Below, piece by piece: positions 34,559 through 43,199 of a stretch of 64,000 nucleotides of DNA (position 1 is its first letter; each line of letters opens with the position of its first letter). Under the pieces are notes generated by a model that was not told the DNA's origin, made no database searches, and saw nothing but the letters and a program-made list of their open reading frames with translations. A program made the position numbers and the translations under genes. This DNA is from Alphaproteobacteria bacterium. GTDB lineage: Bacteria > Pseudomonadota > Alphaproteobacteria > Bin95. The stretch is from positions 1,172,253 through 1,236,252 of the forward strand of contig OZ219785.1 in assembly GCA_964291285.2 (NCBI GenBank). The letters are read 5' to 3'.

Positions 34559-34670
34559 CGATTGGGTATCGTTTCGCCTTGGAACCTTTGATTAAACACC
34601 TAACAAGAAGCCGCCGACGACTAGTTCATTCTCGGGAAAACCGTGGATCATCGGAGTGTAGGAGAAGAAG

Positions 34671-34877
34671 ATGAGCTTCGACGAAGAGTTTCGCGCGTTG
34701 TGTGAACGACATGGCCGCACAGACCTCTTGACTCTCTTGGATACGGCAACGCCTCTTGCTCAGGATAAGATGGGTATAATTGAGCGTCAAAGCCCAGCAA
34801 CATACTATCGTATCTTGAAGCCTGCTGTTGCCTTGGCAATAGCCGTCTGGGGAGCAGATGACGCATGGAGAGCGTAG
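34671..34877 (+). CDS. hypothetical protein (68 aa)
   Basis: AGGAG RBS, protein-like composition. Confidence 0.5.
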   Translation: MSFDEEFRALCERHGRTDLLTLLDTATPLAQDKMGIIERQSPATYYRILKPAVALAIAVWGADDAWRA

Positions 34878-34997
34878 GGAATAGTCGGATAGGCTATAGA
34901 GGAGTGACCGACGACGAGAGGCGCGCGTGGGATCTCCACCTGGAGCACGCCTTAGCGGCGTTCATCATTGACTTTCAAACCTACAAGGATCCAGACC

Positions 34998-35171
34998 ATG
35001 ACGCGTATTTCTCCTGAATGCCTGAGCCAAGTCCGCAAAGCACTCAAGGCTTATCGTGAAGAGGTCGAGGCCACGAACCTAACGCACGATACCAAGGGAA
35101 CCTATCTGCGGCACGCCGAATCATTCGTGCGTTGGCTCGACGGCGATTTTGAGCCTGGAAGCAAGGTTTAG
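34998..35171 (+). CDS. 57-aa protein resembling an integrase N-terminal SAM-like helix bundle
   Basis: AAGGA RBS; ALKAYREEVEATNLTHDTKGTYLRHAESFVRWL. Confidence 0.55.
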   Translation: MTRISPECLSQVRKALKAYREEVEATNLTHDTKGTYLRHAESFVRWLDGDFEPGSKV

Positions 35172-36045
35172 GTCCTGTGGACGGATTTGATCAAGATGAA
35201 GGCAGCGGCGAGTGCGACGAAGGAGCTGAAGTTTGTGGCGGTCTTTTCGCAGCGCAGGGCGATGCGTTTGAAGCGTTTGAGCTTGCCGACGGCCTGTTCG
35301 ATGCGCGCCCGTCCTCTGTAGAGCGCGCTTGCGAAGCGCTTTGGCCTGTTTTTGATGTTCTTCCGGTAGGGAATGACGGTCAGGGCGCCTCTTTTCCGGG
35401 CGAGTTGGCGGTTTCCGGCGCTGTCATAGCCCTTGTCGGCGACGATGGCGCGGGGCCGGACATCGGGGCCGATGTCCATCAGGGTCTCGAAATGCGGACT
35501 GTCGGCTGCCTCGCCGCCGGTCAGGTCGAAGGCGATCGGCAGGCCGTCGAAATCGGTCTTCAGGTGGATTTTGGTGCTGAAACCGCCCCGCGAGCGTCCA
35601 AGCGCCTGACCCTGCTGCCCCCTTTTGCGCCGGCCGCCGATACATGCGCGCGGGTCACGGTCGAATCGAACATCTGAACCAGGTGCGCCGTGCTGCTCAA
35701 ATCCGCCAGCGTGGCGAAAAAGTCCTCGAACACCCCTGAACGGCTCAGACGGTGAAAACGCCGCCATACCGTATTCCAGTGCCCGAACCGCTCCGGCAGC
35801 GCCCGCCAGGTGATGTTGTGAACCGCAAAGAAGTGCAGCGCCTCCAGAAACAGACGGTCGTCCTTCGCCTTCGCACCCCGCCTCGGAAGGCAAAGCCGGA
35901 AAACCTCCAGCGCAACCTCCCAGTCTCCATTCGTCATCTTCGTCGACATCAACGAAACCCCCGAATCGCCGACGCCTCATGATTCAGACAAATCCTCGCA
36001 CGGGAATCCCTGAACACGCTCCTGAGTCAATACGTCCACAGGGCC
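35171..36045 (-). mobile_element. IS5 family (IS427 group) element
   Basis: Terminal IRs GGTCCTGTGGACG / CGTCCACAGGGCC, TA duplication (35169-70, 36046-47); transposase ORFs 35560..35952 and ending at 35168, joined at AAAAGGGGG slippery site (35618-35626). Confidence 0.92.
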
Positions 36046-36051
36046 TAGGAC

Positions 36052-36684
36052 ATGGTTGACGATCCTTACACCAGATACCGGCAAGATGATTTGCGCGGTC
36101 GGACGATCGATACATTGATCGGAATCGGCAAGGGGATCATCGCAGATGGCCATGTGAACCAGTCCGAAGCCGAAGCTCTACTCACTTTTTTGCGCGAGAG
36201 TGATGAGGCTTATCTAGATCATCCAATGACTGATGGCCTGCTTGACCGTGTCACAGACATGCTTCAGGACGGCGTCCTTGATGATGAAGAGTCGCAGGAG
36301 CTACATGATCTGCTGGCCAAAATCTCGGGCGGCATATCCAAATGGGGCGAAATATCAAGGCCGGCCACACTGCCTCTCGACGACCCGGCGCCTGCTTTGG
36401 TTTTCAAGGACAGATCGTTCCTGTTCACCGGCATCTTCATGTATGGAGCCAGACCGGCATGCCACCGGGCTACACAGGCGCGAGGTGGGACTGTGCATAA
36501 AGCCGTCACGCGACGGCTGGATTACCTCGTTATCGGCAGCTATGCGACGGCCGCATGGAAGCATCAAAGCTTCGGCACCAAGATCGAGAAGGCCATGAAT
36601 TACCGGAACAGTGGCAAGAGCGGCTTGGCCATCATCGCAGAAGAACACTGGGAAAGATTCCTGACGGCGGAAAAGTCAAATTGA
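36052..36684 (+). CDS. TerB-like/BRCT domain protein
   Basis: GIIADGHVNQSEA..DGVLDDEE N-terminus; FLFTG..RGG.V..VTRRLDYLVIG..KIEKA..IIAEEHW BRCT pattern. Confidence 0.8.
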   Translation: MVDDPYTRYRQDDLRGRTIDTLIGIGKGIIADGHVNQSEAEALLTFLRESDEAYLDHPMTDGLLDRVTDMLQDGVLDDEESQELHDLLAKISGGISKWGEISRPATLPLDDPAPALVFKDRSFLFTGIFMYGARPACHRATQARGGTVHKAVTRRLDYLVIGSYATAAWKHQSFGTKIEKAMNYRNSGKSGLAIIAEEHWERFLTAEKSN

Positions 36685-37005
36685 GTCACTATTGAACAAT
36701 GGCCCAAGGAACGAATTTCTATTTTCTGCCATATCATGTGCGTATCTTGGCGCTAGGAGAAGTAGCGTGAGCAGAAAGTGATCCTGTTTCTTCTTGGAGT
36801 GCTGTAGGGATAGGACGCGAATAGCGGCAACTTCATAGAGCGCCAATCCTATTGAAACGCAAACCACAAGATGGCGTACTTTGTAGCTGTTCTTTCGGTG
36901 CGAAGTTAATGGGCAATATCCAGAAAGGGGATATTGATGAACGCGCTGACGGTACAGTGAGTAGAGTGTGGCTCTATCAGGACGGCTGCGATCCCAACAG
37001 GTCAA

Positions 37006-37330
37006 CCGCCCTCCGGGCCTCCGGGAAGGCTGCATGCAGGACATCCACTGGTCGGGCGGCTCCTTCGGCTATTTCCCCACCTACACGCTCGGCGCGCTGA
37101 TGGCGGCCCAGCTTGCCGAGGCCATGCGCGCGGCGCTGCCCGGCCTCGACCGGGAGATCGAGGGGGGCGATTTCAGGCCTCTGGTGGGCTGGCTCAAAGA
37201 GCATGTCCACGGCCGGGGCTGCTTCGATGCGTCCTCGGACGACCTCGTGGAGCAGGCGACGGGCCGGCCGCTCGACACCGGTGCCTTCATCCGCCACATC
37301 GGCAACCACTACTCCGGCTGACGGCCCGCC
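37006..37330 (+). pseudogene. displaced 3' fragment of the M32 carboxypeptidase gene (right copy of direct repeat)
   Basis: REGCMQDIHWSGGSFGYFPTYTLG...GNHYSG*, in frame, no 5' part. Confidence 0.92.
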
Positions 37331-37415
37331 CCGGCAGCGGTTTCCGTCCGGGACGGAAAGGCGGTAGATTGGGACCGTCCGGCGGTGCGCCGCCAAACCG
37401 GGGAGGATTCACGAC

Positions 37416-38600
37416 ATGAGGAAAACCGCGCTTGCGCTGGCGGCTGCCGCCGCGCTGCTGGCGTCGCCGTCTTTCGGCGCCGACAAGGTGAAGATCGGCT
37501 TCGTTACCACCGTCACCACGCCCGCGGGCGTCATCGGGCGCGACATGGTCGATGCCGTCAATCTCGCCATGCAGGACATCGGCGGCAAGATGGGCGGCCT
37601 CGAGGTCGAGCTGATCATCGAGGACGACGGCTTCAAGCCGGAGACCGGCAAGCAGAAGACCGACAAGCTGGTCAAGCAGGACGACGTGCATTTCGTCGCC
37701 GGGTTCATCTGGTCGCATGTGCTGCTCGCCTCGCGCAAGTCGGCGCTCGACGGCGGCAAATTCCTCATCAGCTCCAATGCCGGCCCCTCGCAGATCGCCG
37801 GCAAGCTCTGCCACGAGAACTTCTTCTCCACCTCCTGGCAGAACGACCAGACGCCGATGGCGATGGGCGAGGTGCTGAACCAGCGGGGCGTCAAGTCGCT
37901 CTACGTGATGGCGCCCAACTACGCCGCCGGCAAGAACATGGTCTCCGGCGTCGAGCGCACCTTCAAGGGCGAGATCCTCGGCAAGGACATGACCAAGTGG
38001 GGCAAGGACGCCCAGCTCGACTTCTCCGCCGAACTCGCCAAGGCCAAGGCCTCCGGCGCGGACGGCATCTTCGTGTTCTATCCGGGCAAGGCGGGCGGCG
38101 CCTTCATCAAGCAGTACCAGCAGGCCGGCCTGCAGGGCGAAATCGCGCTCTACACCGTGTTCACCGTCGACTCGATCGCGCTGCCGAACCTGCAGAAGGC
38201 CGGCATGTCGGGCGTGCTCGGCTCGCTGAACACGCAGTTCTGGGGCCCCGACCTCGACACGCCGCAGAACAGGAAGTTCGTCTCCGGCTTCAAGGAGGCT
38301 TACGGGCGCTACCCGTCCTTCTACGCCGCGCAGTCCTACGACACGATCTTCCTCATCAAGAGCGCGGTCGAGGCGGTCGGCGGGAACCTGGACGACATGG
38401 ACGGGATGCGCGCGGCCATGATGAAGGCCGACTTCCCCTCCGTGCGCGGGCCGTTCCGCTACGGCAACAACCACTTCCCGATCCAGAACTTCTACCTGCG
38501 GCAGGTGGTCGAGGATGCCGACGGCGTGTGGACGACGACGGTGGTCGATACCGTGCTGAAGGACCATCAGGACGTCTACGCCGCCGAGTGCAAGATGTAG
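37416..38600 (+). CDS. branched-chain amino acid-type ABC transporter substrate-binding protein
   Basis: Signal peptide, KVKIGF, EDDGFKPE, APNYAAG, YAAQSYD. Confidence 0.92.
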   Translation: MRKTALALAAAAALLASPSFGADKVKIGFVTTVTTPAGVIGRDMVDAVNLAMQDIGGKMGGLEVELIIEDDGFKPETGKQKTDKLVKQDDVHFVAGFIWSHVLLASRKSALDGGKFLISSNAGPSQIAGKLCHENFFSTSWQNDQTPMAMGEVLNQRGVKSLYVMAPNYAAGKNMVSGVERTFKGEILGKDMTKWGKDAQLDFSAELAKAKASGADGIFVFYPGKAGGAFIKQYQQAGLQGEIALYTVFTVDSIALPNLQKAGMSGVLGSLNTQFWGPDLDTPQNRKFVSGFKEAYGRYPSFYAAQSYDTIFLIKSAVEAVGGNLDDMDGMRAAMMKADFPSVRGPFRYGNNHFPIQNFYLRQVVEDADGVWTTTVVDTVLKDHQDVYAAECKM

Positions 38601-38619
38601 CCCAGGAGCCGGCCCGCCC

Positions 38620-39543
38620 ATGGATGCGGGTCTCGTCGCCGCGCAACTGCTGAACGGGCTCCAGCTCGGAGTGCTGCTGTTCCTGCTCGCCTCCGGGCTG
38701 ACGCTCATCTTCGGCATCATGGACTTCGTCAACCTGGCGCACGGCTCGCTCTACATGGTGGGCGCCTATTTCTGCGCCACGCTGACGGATGCCACCGGCT
38801 CCTTCCTGCTGGCGGTGGCGCTGGCGCTGCCGGCCACGGCGCTGGTCGGGGCTGCGGTCGAGCTTCTGGTGGTGCGCCGCCTCTACCGCCGCGACCATCT
38901 CGACCATGTGCTGGCCACCTTCGGGCTGATCCTCTGCTTCGACACGCTGGTGCAGATCCTCTGGGGGCCGGAGGGCATGGCGATCCGCCTGCCGGCCTGG
39001 GCGGACGGGCAGCAGCACCTGCCGGGCGGACTGGTGTTCCCGACCTACCGGCTGCTGATCATCGGGGCCGGGCTGGCCGTGGCCGCCGGGCTCTATGTGC
39101 TGGTCACGAAGACGCGGCTCGGCATGCGCATCCGGGCGGGCGCCTCCAACCCCGCCATGGCCGGCGCGCTCGGCATCGATATCGGCCTCCTGTTCACGCT
39201 GGTGTTCGCGCTCGGGGCGGTGATGGCGGGGCTCGCCGGCATGATGATCGCGCCGATCACCGAGGCCTCCATCGGCATGGGCAACGAGATCATCATCACG
39301 GCCTTCGTCGTCGTCATCGTGGGCGGCATCGGGTCGATCCGGGGCGCCTTCGTGGCGGCGCTGCTGATCGGGCTGATCGACACGATGGGCCGGTCCTTCC
39401 TCGACATGGGCCTCAAGCTGCTGATGAGCGCGCAGGCGGCGGAAACCTCCGCGCCGGCGCTCTCGGCAATGCTGATCTACATCCTGATGGCGTCCGTGCT
39501 GGCGTTCCGTCCGCAGGGCCTGTTCCCGCCGAAGGCGCGATGA
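38620..39543 (+). CDS. LivH-like ABC permease
   Basis: GLTLIFGIMDFVNLAHG, TRLGMRIRA, VVIVGGIGSIRGA, FRPQGLF. Confidence 0.92.
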   Translation: MDAGLVAAQLLNGLQLGVLLFLLASGLTLIFGIMDFVNLAHGSLYMVGAYFCATLTDATGSFLLAVALALPATALVGAAVELLVVRRLYRRDHLDHVLATFGLILCFDTLVQILWGPEGMAIRLPAWADGQQHLPGGLVFPTYRLLIIGAGLAVAAGLYVLVTKTRLGMRIRAGASNPAMAGALGIDIGLLFTLVFALGAVMAGLAGMMIAPITEASIGMGNEIIITAFVVVIVGGIGSIRGAFVAALLIGLIDTMGRSFLDMGLKLLMSAQAAETSAPALSAMLIYILMASVLAFRPQGLFPPKAR

Positions 39544-40463
39544 GCCGGGCGGTCGGCTGGGCGCTGCTGGCCGCGCTGGCGGCCGGGCCGCCGCTGGCGC
39601 TCGCGGCCGGCCAGCCCTTCTATGTCGATATCCTGACGCGCCTCGTCTGCCTGGCCGCGGCCGCCACCTCGCTCAACCTCATCCTCGGCCATGGCGGCAT
39701 GATCAGCTTCGGCCACGCCGCCTATATCGGCATCGGCGCCTATGCGGTCGGCATCCCGGCCTACTATGAAATCCATGACGGCTGGCTGCATATCCTGCTC
39801 GCCGTTGCATTTTCCTCCCTGTTCGCGCTCGCCACGGGCGCGATCGCGCTGCGCACGCGCGGCGTCTATTTCATCATGATCACGATGGCGTTCGCGCAGA
39901 TGGTGTTCTTCGCCGTGGTCAGCATCGAGGAATATGGCGGCGATGACGGGCTGGTGATCGACATCCGCTCGGAGTTCCCGCTGGTCGATCTGGAGGACAG
40001 CCTCACCCTCTACTATGCGTGTTTCGCGGTCCTGCTCGGCACGCTCTACCTGGTGCACCGGCTCGTGCGGTCGCGCTTCGGCATGGTGATCGAGGGCGCC
40101 AGGGGCAATGAACGCCGCATGGCTTCGCTCGGCTTCGCGTTCTACCGCCACCGCCTCGCCGCCTACACGCTGGCCGGCGCGCTCTGCGGCCTCAGCGGCG
40201 CCATGCTCGGCAATTTCACCAATTTCATCAGCCCCGAGATGATGGACTGGACGCGCTCGGGCGAGCTGATCTTCATGGTGGTGCTGGGCGGGACCGGCGC
40301 GCTGTTCGGGCCGCTGATGGGCGCGGCCGCCTTCCTGCTGCTGGAGGAGCTGCTGTCCGGCTGGACGATCTACTGGCAGCTTCCCTTCGGGCTGCTGCTC
40401 ATCCTGGTCGTGCTGTTCGCGCGCGGCGGGCTCGCGGGGCTGCTGGAGGGGCGCCGTGGCTGA
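39540..40463 (+). CDS. LivM-like ABC permease
   Basis: LNLILGHGGMISFGHAAY, RTRGVYFIMITMAF, VVLGGTG. Confidence 0.92.
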   Translation: MSRAVGWALLAALAAGPPLALAAGQPFYVDILTRLVCLAAAATSLNLILGHGGMISFGHAAYIGIGAYAVGIPAYYEIHDGWLHILLAVAFSSLFALATGAIALRTRGVYFIMITMAFAQMVFFAVVSIEEYGGDDGLVIDIRSEFPLVDLEDSLTLYYACFAVLLGTLYLVHRLVRSRFGMVIEGARGNERRMASLGFAFYRHRLAAYTLAGALCGLSGAMLGNFTNFISPEMMDWTRSGELIFMVVLGGTGALFGPLMGAAAFLLLEELLSGWTIYWQLPFGLLLILVVLFARGGLAGLLEGRRG

Positions 40464-41211
40464 CGAACCGCTGCTCCGGGTCGAGGACCTGCAGAAGAGC
40501 TTCGGCGGCGTCGCCGCCGTCGATGGCGTGTCGATGGAGGTGCGCCGCGGCGAGGTCCATGCCGTGATCGGGCCGAACGGGGCCGGCAAGACGACCCTGA
40601 TCTCGCTGCTCGCGGGGGAATTGCGGCCGGACCGGGGCCGCGTCCTGTTCGACGGGCGCGACATCGCCCGCAGGCCGGCTCATGCCCGGGCGAGGCTCGG
40701 TTTTGCGCGCTCGTTCCAGATCACCAGCGTCGTGCCCGGGATGCGGGTGGTGGACAATGCGATGCTGGCGGTGCTCGCGCGGGACGGGCGGAGCTTCCGC
40801 TTCTGGCGCCCGGCGAGGAACGACCCGGCGCTCATCCGGCCGGCCATGGCGGCGCTCGAACGGGTCGGTCTCGCCGGGGTGGCCGAAGAGCGGGCGGGCG
40901 CCGTCAGCCATGGCGAGCACCGCCAGCTCGAAATCGCGATGACGCTCGCGGCGGAACCGGAACTGCTGCTGCTGGACGAGCCGATGGCGGGCATGAGCGC
41001 GGAGGAAAGCCGGCGCATGACCGGCATCCTCGAACGCCTGAAGGGCGAGAAGACCATGCTGCTGGTCGAGCATGACATGGATGTCGTGTTCGCGCTCGCC
41101 GACCGGATCAGCGTGCTGGTGGGCGGGCGCATCGCCGCGTCGGGAGCCCCGGCGGCCGTGCGCGCCGACGAGGCCGTGCGCCGCGCCTATCTCGGCGACG
41201 AGGCGGCCTGA
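40456..41211 (+). CDS. LivG-like ABC ATP-binding protein
   Basis: GPNGAGKTT, ARSFQ, LLLDEP, VEHDMD, VRRAYLG. Confidence 0.93.
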   Translation: MADEPLLRVEDLQKSFGGVAAVDGVSMEVRRGEVHAVIGPNGAGKTTLISLLAGELRPDRGRVLFDGRDIARRPAHARARLGFARSFQITSVVPGMRVVDNAMLAVLARDGRSFRFWRPARNDPALIRPAMAALERVGLAGVAEERAGAVSHGEHRQLEIAMTLAAEPELLLLDEPMAGMSAEESRRMTGILERLKGEKTMLLVEHDMDVVFALADRISVLVGGRIAASGAPAAVRADEAVRRAYLGDEAA

Positions 41212-41212
41212 C

Positions 41213-41914
41213 ATGCTGCGGATCGAGGGGCTCGAGACATTCTACGGCCGCAGCCAGGCGCTGTTCGGCATCTCGCTGGAGGTCGGCGAGGGCGAGGCGG
41301 TGGGCTTCATGGGCCGCAACGGCATGGGCAAGACGACCACCGTGAACTCGCTGTTCGGCATCGTGCCGTCCGCGGCGGGCGCGATCCTGTTCGAGGGCCG
41401 CGAGCTGCGCGACCTGCCGTCCCACCGCATCGCGCGGCTCGGCCTCGGCCTCGTGCCGGAGGGCCGGCAGGTGTTCCCCAACCTGACGGCCGAGGAGAAC
41501 CTGGTCGCGGCGGCCGCCAACCGCGGCGCGCGCGCCGGCCCGTGGACGGCCCCGCGCATTTTCGGGATGTTCCCGGAACTGGAGGCGCGCCGGCGCAACA
41601 TGGGCAACCTGCTCTCCGGCGGCGAGCAGCAGATGCTGGCGATCGGGCGCGCGCTGATGACCAACCCGAGGCTGCTGGTGCTGGACGAAGCCACCGAGGG
41701 GCTGGCGCCGCTGGTCCGCCGGCGCATCTGGGAGTGCCTCGCCGGCCTGAAGGCGGAAGGGCAGGCGATCCTCGTCATCGACCGGAACGTGGCCGACCTC
41801 GCCCGCTTCGCCGACCGCCACTATATCGTCGAGAAGGGCCGCATCGTGTGGACCGGCAGCAGCGGGGACCTGACCGGAGGCGGCGCCGACCTCGAACGCT
41901 GGCTCGGCGTGTAG
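41213..41914 (+). CDS. LivF-like ABC ATP-binding protein
   Basis: GRNGMGKTT, VPEGRQVF, LSGGEQQML, LDEATEGLAP. Confidence 0.93.
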   Translation: MLRIEGLETFYGRSQALFGISLEVGEGEAVGFMGRNGMGKTTTVNSLFGIVPSAAGAILFEGRELRDLPSHRIARLGLGLVPEGRQVFPNLTAEENLVAAAANRGARAGPWTAPRIFGMFPELEARRRNMGNLLSGGEQQMLAIGRALMTNPRLLVLDEATEGLAPLVRRRIWECLAGLKAEGQAILVIDRNVADLARFADRHYIVEKGRIVWTGSSGDLTGGGADLERWLGV

Positions 41915-41988
41915 GACGGAGCCCGTCCTCAGGCGCAGCGCCAGGCCCCGGACCGGAATATGCTTCTGCCGGAACGGGTCGCGCTCTA

Positions 41989-42840
41989 GGCAGAATCGAC
42001 ATTCATCGCATCCAGAGGATAGCAGAAGCGATGTGTATGAAGGCGAGGAAGTATATTGCTTTTCGGTCGTATCGGGTTGCGATGCGGCGGAAGTGTTTGA
42101 TCTTGTTGAAGTAGCGCTCGATGCGGTTTCGGTGTTTGTAGATTTCGGCGTCATAGCCGATGAGACGCTTTCGCGTTGGATTGCAGGGGATGACGGCCTC
42201 GGCCTCGATGTCGGCGATGCGGTTGCGGATGGCATTGGCGTCGTAAGCAGCGTCGGCGAGCACATGGCGGGGCCGAAACCCCTCCATCAACGCCAGGGCC
42301 TTTGGCGCGTCGCCGGCCTGTCCGGGCGAGAGGATCACGCGGAGCGGTCGTCCGAGAGTGTCGCAGGCGATGTGTATTTTGGTCGTCAGTCCGCCTCTGG
42401 AACGCCCCAGAGCCTGATCCCGGCCCCCCCTTTTCCGGTCGCCGCCTGTTGATGCGCGCGCACGATGGTGCTGTCGAGCATGAGATAGCCATTGTCGCGA
42501 TCCGCCGTCAGGGTATCGAACACCCTCTCCCACACGCCCACTTTGGCCCAGCGTGTGAAACGCTTGTGCACCGACTTCCACTTCCCATAGCGCGGCGGCA
42601 GGTCGTGCCAGTGGGCGCCCGAACGAAGCACCCACAGAACCGCGTTGACGAACAACCGGTTGTCTGCTCCCGAACGCCCCGGATCGCCCGGCTTGCCCAG
42701 AAGCAGACCTTCGATGCGGACCCACTGCGCATCCGTCAGCTCATAGCGCTTCACCATACGCCCAACTCCAACCGAAAATCAGTTGGAGCGTCATGAATCA
42801 CATAATGTCTTCCCAGGGAATCCTGTATGTCGATTGAACC
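41989..42840 (-). mobile_element. IS5 family (IS427 group) element
   Basis: IRs GGCAGAATCGACAT / ATGTCGATTGAACC, TA flanks; ORFs 42386..42757 (RYELTDAQW) and ending at 42003 (GRSRGGLTTKIH, RRIATRYD) with AAAAGGGGGGG slippery site near 42424-42434. Confidence 0.92.
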
Positions 42841-43196
42841 TAGCCGGAATACCAGACCGAGTAGGAGTTCGGCGCGAGCATGAAGGGAATGTGGTAGCGC
42901 CCCTCCGGGTCCGGCATCTCCAGGCGCACCACCACTTCGCGCATGAAGCGGGGACCGTGCGGCGGCGGCGTCATGGCCGAGAAACAGGCCCCGGCATCCA
43001 GCACCATCTCATAGACGGCGCCGGGCCTGAGGTCCGCCGGGTCGATGTCCCGCCGGAGCCGCCCGCCCTCGTCGGTCGCCTGCCGGAACAGTTCGGTGCG
43101 CCGGCCGTCGGCGTCGATCCGCGTAAGCGTGACGGGAACGCCGCCCGCATGACTGCCGTCCACCGAGTTCAGCGTGTGCGTGGAGAGCGTGGCCAT
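42840..43196 (-). CDS. transthyretin-like / 5-hydroxyisourate hydrolase family protein (non-canonical C-terminus)
   Basis: LSTHTLN, TDEGGR, YHIPFMLAP; ends YSVWYSG instead of YRGS. Confidence 0.85.
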   Translation of the reverse strand: MATLSTHTLNSVDGSHAGGVPVTLTRIDADGRRTELFRQATDEGGRLRRDIDPADLRPGAVYEMVLDAGACFSAMTPPPHGPRFMREVVVRLEMPDPEGRYHIPFMLAPNSYSVWYSG

Positions 43197-43199
43197 CGG

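Noticed and set aside
36676-37044. 122-aa minus-strand ORF in AT-rich island edge
   Set aside because: No RBS or motif, start lies inside the M32 duplicate; likely a decayed fragment
30808-37330. DGR template/variable repeat pair
   Set aside because: Differences are not adenine-specific, many are synonymous, and no reverse transcriptase is present
41213-41914. DRNV instead of EQN in the LivF-like switch region
   Set aside because: Minor variant; all other ABC motifs intact
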